A DNA stretch of 15,856 bases from Adineta steineri (taxonomy: Eukaryota), in the NCBI GenBank assembly GCA_905250115.1, contig CAJNOI010000109.1, positions 23,403 through 39,258 of the forward strand, in the 5' to 3' direction. The translations under genes were made by a program, and so were the position numbers. Below the pieces are notes generated by a model. It made no database searches and had not been told where the DNA came from. It saw only the letters and a program-made list of their open reading frames with translations. The stretch's first letter is position 1; each line of letters opens with the position of its first letter. Positions 9,094-15,856 of this stretch are shown piece after piece.

Positions 9094-12000
9094 TTAGCAT
9101 GTTGTTAAGTTAAAGAGTTGTATTCGATTATTATATCTATCAGCAACCAATAGATTATTATATTTATCAAAGAGAATTTGTTCAGGCACATTGAGTTGGT
9201 TCGCTGCTGTTCCTGATGTACCAGTACCAACGATGGTAGTACCACTAATCGCATTTAGCGGCCAACGTTGAACACGATGGTTATCTGGATAAGAAAAAAA
9301 GTAAAACGAGATTATTTAATATATAGTATATTTTCATTTCTCAAATTTCCTCTTACTTCCATCAGCTATATAAAGAGTTCCACTACTGTCGACCAGTATA
9401 GATCTTGGACTATTGAACTGATTCGCTCCACTTCCAGCTCCATGACCTCCAGCAACAACCGTTCCAAAAGTTACACTTGTTGAACCTGATGGGAATTTCA
9501 TTACACGGTGATTATTACTATCGGCAACGTACAAAGCATTTGTATATAAATAATCATAGTAAACACCATTGGGACCCGACAACTGATTTAAGGCATCTCC
9601 ACCACCATTGCCACCTATATACAAAAATAAAATCAATATTAAACGAAAGATTTGTCTCAAAGAACATTATATACCTGCAACAGTCACCTGTGATCCACTC
9701 CCTCCAACAAACATATATATCGCATTATTAACAGCGCCAACGAAATAGACATCATTAGTCAATGGATTTATAAATACTTCTGCTATTGCATTTGAAGAAC
9801 TGAGAAGTGTTCCATTTGTCGCCGAATTTGAATTTGATGGAAATCTAACAAATCGACCGCAATCGTAATCTCCTATATAAAATTGACCAGAATTATCAAC
9901 ACTTATTCCATCAACACTACGAAACTGATTCATGTTGCAACCATGCCCATTACCTCCAGCAATTACCGTTGCAGCTGAAGGCGGATTATTGAGAGAAAAT
10001 TGTAGAATACGTTGATTCCCAAGATCAGTAATAGTTAATAGATTATTAGATCCGTCATAATACATTCCAGTAGGACCAGAAATAAGTGAAAGAGTAGAGC
10101 CAGATGTACCTGCTTGGCTGCCAAATATAGTAGTTGCAGTTTGTGACCATGATGATTGAGAAGATATGAGACAAACTATAAAAAAAAAGAAAAAATCAGC
10201 TATCTTACTATCCCACACTTATAGATCAATGAGACATGTGATATTAGAAAATGGATAGAAATAGTTCTTAGATATGGTATAGTAATGTCTATATTGCATT
10301 TATCTCCTTAGAGAATATGATATGTGTTAATGCATCTATGGAATAAGATCGGCAGCTAATCAGATACAAAAATTGAGTGTGGAACTTTAATTTCTATGTT
10401 AAGTTGAAATTGAATTAAACACCTTTGTTTTCGAATGCACATATGAAATGTATAAAAGAGAACTTGTATCTTCTAATGTATCGTTCATTCGAATCATTTT
10501 TACATAATTATTGTATGAAGCCGCACAATACGATACTCAAATAAAGTAAAAATCTGTCACAGATTAAAATTACTTTTCAAGTCTCATACAAGTTGATATT
10601 ATTTCGGTGTGAAAAGTAAAAATACTTTTTGATAAATAGTGTAATTGTTCATATACGTAATACTTGAAACTTTGGTTTAACTACTCAACTATTATTTATG
10701 CCCCCCTCCCTCCACATCTTATATAGTTAAACAATTGAAATTTCAAGTGTTACATATATGAAGATTTTAGGATTGGAAAAGGAGTCTCTTAAATTATCTC
10801 ATCAAATAATAATTATGTAGACCCTGACGAAGAACGTATGCAATGTTGCCATAATATTTTTTTCGAAGAACTTCTTTTTTGTAACTAGTGTCTCAAAGAT
10901 GTAGTTAATTCTATGGGCTAATCCAAAAGTGATTCGTTGGTTGTCCAACAAAATCTATCTTCTCATTTTGGCAGATAAGTCAGGGCTGAGACCTTCGAAG
11001 CAGGCTATCCAATCCTACTATATTTCGTTAAGATTGATCTATGTTCACTTCAGCTCAACGCTAACCCGTATAAAAATCATTCATCCGACACCTTTGTTAT
11101 GAATCCCTTGTGAAAATAAACACATTATTGAGATACAACAATTAAGATGTTCTAATTATATTTTTATGATCAACTGAATCAGAAACGTTATACATGATCT
11201 AATGATCACAATTTGCAAGTAGTTTTCGAAAATTATGAATGCTACATTATTGTACTTTGTACATTATACCAACAAAATAGATTTTTTCTAATAATTTGAA
11301 AAAGTTTTAAATAACTCACCTGTTGTTGATGACGATGTTGTTATTACTGTTGTTGTTGTAGAAGTAGTCGATATTTCTGATGTTGTTTCTAATGATGTTT
11401 CTGATGTTGTTGGTAATGTTTCTGACGTTGTTGGTGATGTTTCTACTGTTGTTGGTAATGCTTCTGATGTTGTTGATAATGCTTCTGATGTTGTTGGCGA
11501 TGTTTCTACTGTTGTTGATAATGCTTCTGATGTTATTGGTGATGTTTCTGATGTTGTTGGCGATGTTTCTACTGTTGTTGATAATGCTTCTGATATTGTT
11601 GGTGATGTTTCTACTGTTGTTGAAGACGTTGTCGATGATGTTATTGATAATGTTGTTGATGATGTTGTTGTTGATGTTGTTGTTGATGATGTTGAAGCTG
11701 ATGTTGTTGAAAATATTGTTATTGTTGACGCTGTTGTTGTTCTTTATATTTATATACATATAAGCAATAATATTCAGAAATAATCGATGTTTCGGAATAA
11801 ATAAGACTGCCGTCTTTTCGCTACCTCTGTCATCATATTAGTTTGTTCAGACTTCACTTTTTTCAAAAGATGGATCTTTAAATAGCCTACACAATGGTGT
11901 ATTTTTTCATTTATCTAAATACCATCCATCAGTTTCCAAGACACAAATTAAATGAACGACTGTGTAAAATAAATATTTTGATCATTTTAAATATCATGGA

Positions 12001-15000
12001 CTGTCTTTATATTTTGATATGTCTCTCATTAGTAATTTGCTCAAGTTTAGACTTTTTAAAAAAAAAAGACTCATCTTCTTATGTTTCACACAATGATGTA
12101 TTTAATTTGTTTAAATAACGTTCATTATTTTCTAAAACAGGCCTCAACTAAAATAACGTCTATCGAAATAGTTCAACCCGACTTGTTCGTTTCAAGTGTG
12201 CCTTGCAAAGTGATGAATATTATTTAGGTAAATAAAAAAATACACAATTTTTATACAGTATCTAAAGAGAAATCTTTTTGAGAAGAAATTAAATGTGAAT
12301 AAACCAATATGAGAAGAGATATAGTGAAAATGCTGAGAGGCTCATTTATTGTCGGATATCAGCTAATATTTATGGACGCATTGAAAAAAAGTAACAATCG
12401 ACTGGTTAGCAAGAGTCAAAGTCCACAACTTCTATCTTTTTTCTTTTTTCATAATGTATCGAGTTAAAAATCATATAAAAACTTAGAAATAAAAATAATC
12501 TAATATGAAATGTTGAGGGTATGGTTGCCAATAACACGTGATAGGTAAACCTTCATGTTGGTAAAAGATGTACACGATAGGCACATTTGCCAGTCCACAT
12601 ACTCAATAACTGCTTCTAACTGATCGAAATATGTGATATCGACTTATATTACCTTGATAAGATTTGAGCTGTTAGATACTAACTTATAATCAAATAGCTT
12701 ATTTTATTCGATTTTTTATTCTCCATCTTTTTGTATATTTCATTAAAAAATTTCAATAATCTTTTAACTTATAAGCAATCATAAGTTTCATGGAATATTT
12801 TTCAAAACAAGAATAGTAGAAATTAAAATTGAGAAATTACTGATTTACAATATTATTGTGTTCATTAAGCAAAAATCCGCTTTTTCTAAAGTGCCTCACA
12901 TATTCATATGATATTCGATAGTAGAATCTATTGTATCAATCCCAAATCCGCACTTAGTCAAATCCGAAAATGTTCGCGGGGCCGACTTGTTTTGACTCAG
13001 CCCACTCAACTCATAGCCCGTATGTGGATCAGACCTCTCACAACTTTTGGATTTAGGGGCCGGATTTATCATTTTACACTTAACTCGTATGTTACCCTGT
13101 TTACAAACATTTCGCTTGTCATTACTTTTTATTCTTCATTGTTTCGCTGCAACTTCCTTGTAATTATTCATCTACTTGTTCCAAGACATTACATCTATAT
13201 ATCCTATTTGTCCTCAAGACTAACTATACGAAAACGATGGATCATATCTGATGTTTGTACCATCTCTGACTTCGGCTAGTAATCTACTCATCATTGGGTC
13301 TTTTAAAGAATTTATATTTCTAGTCTACCCTTGTTAGAAGTCCATAAACACTGATTAACTGTGAGATAAGTTAATAAATTAAAGAATATATCATCAAATA
13401 TGTTGCTTATAAAACTTGTTCTAACCCACGAGTCACCCATGAGATGAGTCGAATTAACGGATCGAATCAAAGAAAAGTTTATAAACAACATTTTGGATTC
13501 AATTCGAATTCAAGTTTAAAAATTTTAGAATCTGTCAAGATCTGCTCAATGGCCACACCATTTTTTTATACGTTCACATGACCTATACATGAAATCCGTG
13601 TAGAACATCCGTTTCTATCTCTCATATAATAGAATTACTCAGTTTTCTCAAGATCGTGGACTACTATACCAGTTATATCAATGTACTGTTTTCTCGCAAT
13701 TAATTGTTTAGTTGTTCAAATCGTACTAGCTCCAAAGTACTATCGATAGTTCTGAAATCTTTCAATTATTAAAATTATTGTCATGTGATACTTACGTGGA
13801 TATTGTTTTACTGGTTATGATAGCTAAAATGAAAGAGCAATCATGTTTCAGATAAAATATTCAATAGCTAGAATTTGATCTCGAGTTCCTACAATAGAGA
13901 GATATCTGAAAAGAGGGAGAGGGTGTGAATTATGCTGTTGGTGTGGGTCTGAGTATGACAGTAGGAACTATGTCTACGCCCACACTCTCAAAGAAATAAT
14001 GTAGCCTTAGAAATCAATGCTCAAGTGTCTCCTTTTAATAGCATTTATTTGAATAGATATGTATTCTTGAAAAACAACTTGATAGTTTCTGACTCGATCC
14101 GTTCGTTCATCAGACAGAAACATCAAAGATAAATGCATCAGTAATCAAAAATGATCAAATTGATGGAAGAAGTTTTTGTTCTACGACAAAATTAAAATAA
14201 ATGTATCAGTCCTCACTTTCAACTTTTATCTATGTAGAGATACATTTTCTTCAGTATTCAGTCTTAGAAAATGTGATTAGAGAAGTAACAAACTATTAGT
14301 TTTATTTATATTCGGCCTTATTCATTAGTCGTTAGTGTTTAAATGAAATAATATGCACATATTGTATTGCTTAATTAATATTCATACTTTTCCTAAATAT
14401 TGATCATTGTTTACATATTGAAATTAAAAGAACTTTATTTTAAGATAACAGCATAAAAAATCGAATAGTTTCATCGGTCGCTTATTTACCGACTTACTTA
14501 GAAAAGAATGAGTGGAGCTTGAGGGTGTGATTGTAGGTGAAGAAAAGATGCAGCTATATTACTGCTATCGTATGTCTTTATTCTAATAGAATATTTAAGA
14601 TTGAATAAATACTTTATCTATTATGACTTATTTCGAATATGAAATTATTTTCTTTTGGCAAAATTATACCTGTTGTTGTTGTTTTTATCATCTCTGGTGT
14701 TGTTATTTTTGTTGTTGATTGTTTATTTGTTGTTGTTAATAGTGTGTTTGTAATTGATTCTTCATTTGTTGATCCTGTTTCAGTTGTTGATTCTTGTGTT
14801 GCTAATGAATTTCCATTTTTTGTCTTTCTTGCTTGTATTGTAAGAGGAATACTAATTGAAATAGTAGTGATTACAATAACGAGAATAATACAAAATATAA
14901 TCCATATGAGTTTCCTCTTTCGAAAATATTGACATCTAAAGAAATAGATTCGTTTTTTGTTATATATTACAATTGATAATATACATACAACAGGTTTGAT

Positions 15001-15005
15001 TCCAT
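9094..15005 (-). CDS. membrane-anchored NHL-repeat (beta-propeller) protein with Thr/Ser-rich stalk; complement(join(9094..9284,9357..9614,9675..10175,11320..11730,14670..14935,14989..15005)), 547 aa
   Basis: Start ATG 15005-15003. MESNL|LCQYFRKRKLIWIIFCIILVIVITTISISIPLTIQARK... has a positively charged flank and one TM. Stalk: ...KITTPEMIKTTTT|ASTITIFSTTSASTSSTTTSTTT...TTVETSPTTSEALSTT...VITTSSSTT. Propeller: |VCLISSQSSWSQTATTIFGSQAGTSG...GPTGMYYDGSNNLLTITDLGNQRILQF...VTVAG|GNGGGDALNQLSGPNGVYYDYLYTNALYVADSNNHRVMKF...SPRSILVDSSGTLYIADG|NNHRVQRWPLNAISG...VPEQILFDKYNNLLVADRYNNRIQLFNLTTC*. All five introns are GT..AG with matching phases. Exon lengths 17+266+411+501+258+191=1644 nt. The three NHL exons are very secure. 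Joining exons 14670-14935 and 11320-11730 to them rests on phase, the shared TM/TS-stalk architecture and splice signals. Confidence 0.82.
11375..11625 (-). repeat. coding minisatellite (~42 bp unit) in the stalk exon
   Basis: Repeats of STTVETSPTTSEAL (e.g. GAAGCATTATCAACAACAGTAGAAACATCGCCAACAACATCA) with partial units of 21 bp. Confidence 0.75.
13917..13990. repeat. short two-armed telomere-like module inside the large NHL-gene intron
   Basis: GAGAGGGTGTGAATTATGCTGTTGGTGTGGGTCTGAG ... TACGCCCACACTCTCAAA. Confidence 0.5.
14519..14538 (+). repeat. short telomere-like stretch (single G-rich arm)
   Basis: TTGAGGGTGTGATTGTAGGTG, sharing the TTGAGGGTGTG boundary of the two large arrays. Confidence 0.4.
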
Positions 15006-15029
15006 TATGTTTGAATTAACGGCATCAGA

Positions 15030-15578
15030 CTGAAATATTTAAAAAAGACAGAAGATTATTTAGTATTGTTTTTGTTTCTTTTAATAGATTACATGAGAAA
15101 CTGCTATACTGTTGTTATCCATAATTGATATTTCGTTCAAAGTTGAATACTTTTCCAATCTAAAATCTATAAAAAAAAAGACTTCTATTTTACAGGTTTT
15201 TAGTGAACAGCGATGTAATTAAAAAAAATGAAAACTATTCATGTAACTATTCTTTTTACATAAAATCATTTTCACTTCAAGTTAATTGTGATACTACTAA
15301 TTTTGAAATCTATGTATCGAATAACGTCTGACATTTCTCAGTGTCTAATTTAGTCAAGTAAAAAAATAGAATGATAAAATAATTTATAAATTTATCGTAA
15401 CAGTCCGAATTGCTCAATTAAATTGTAACTGTATAATTGTGAAAACAACAGAATATGTATTTATCATATTCCTAGTAAGTTATATTTTCTTGAGTGATCA
15501 GTTTTTTATGCATATAATCCTTATAATGTGAAATATTTGCAGTAAAGAATGATACATTAATAAAAATGATTAACTCAC
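15030..15578 (-). other. possible 5'UTR intron of the NHL gene
   Basis: Strong donor GAAAAAAAAGAG|GTGAGTTAATC (GT at 15578-15577) and acceptor TTTTTTAAATATTTCAG (ends 15030), 24 nt upstream of the start ATG. No coding start is available upstream of the donor. The acceptor could instead be a spliced-leader trans-splice site. Confidence 0.4.
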
Positions 15579-15856
15579 CTCTTTTTTTTCAAGAATGATT
15601 TTGCAAAAAAATGTTATCAGATGTGAGTTGTGTTATTTCCTATAAATATCAGACTTTTCTACGTAGGACGGAGAAGCAAACTGCTTAGATTAACATTTAA
15701 TGTAATTAGTATTACTTAATCAAATACTAGAAATCAGCGCTTTTCATAAAAACAAATGTCATGTTTCCTGTGAAAATAAAACTAATGCAGTCAGATTCTC
15801 ATTTTCTCTTTTTTTTATTGATTGGTTGAGTTTAATATCTAAATGAAATATATTAT

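Noticed and set aside
9268-9731. Plus-strand ORFs 9268..9483 and 9477..9731
   Set aside because: Antisense to clear NHL exons.
10701-10725. CCCCCCTCCC run near 10701-10715
   Set aside because: Isolated homopolymer-rich stretch in an intron without telomere-like periodicity or boundary motif.
11316-11763. 147-aa Asn/Ile-rich minus ORF and 127-aa Leu/Met-rich plus ORF
   Set aside because: Wrong frame and antisense readings of the Thr/Ser stalk exon. The ACA/TCA/GAA frame joins the neighbouring exons in phase; these do not.
12908-13279. 123-aa plus ORF inside the large intron
   Set aside because: No domain-like pattern; it overlaps the GC-richer patch that would produce a chance open frame.
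14639-14932. Plus-strand 97-aa hydrophobic ORF MKLFSFGKIIPVVVV...
   Set aside because: Antisense of the minus-strand TM/stalk exon 14935-14670, which has matching splice sites and phase.

Overview
AT-rich eukaryotic window, most likely from a bdelloid rotifer. That assignment is inference from the TGTGGG-type repeats, ~50-70 bp introns, and a GPCR and an NHL-repeat gene of the kind common in that group. I can support two spliced genes. (1) A plus-strand rhodopsin-like GPCR at 5995-6974, with a 56-bp intron that restores TM7 and the basic C-tail missing from the raw ORF. (2) A minus-strand gene at 15005-9094, rebuilt from six coding exons with consistent phases: short N-terminus, TM anchor, long Thr/Ser-rich stalk, then about six NHL-type beta-propeller blades and a stop (547 aa). 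The ORF track shows this gene only as fragments and antisense artefacts. The left end carries a decayed, possibly armadillo-like coding fragment that runs straight into a (TGTGGG)n telomere-like array. A second array and several small relatives are scattered through the window. Most have a G-rich arm followed by a C-rich arm (TTGAGGGTGTG...CACCCTCAA), so they could fold back. This recurring two-armed telomere-like motif is the least explained signal here. I saw no rRNA, CRISPR array or intact autonomous transposon.
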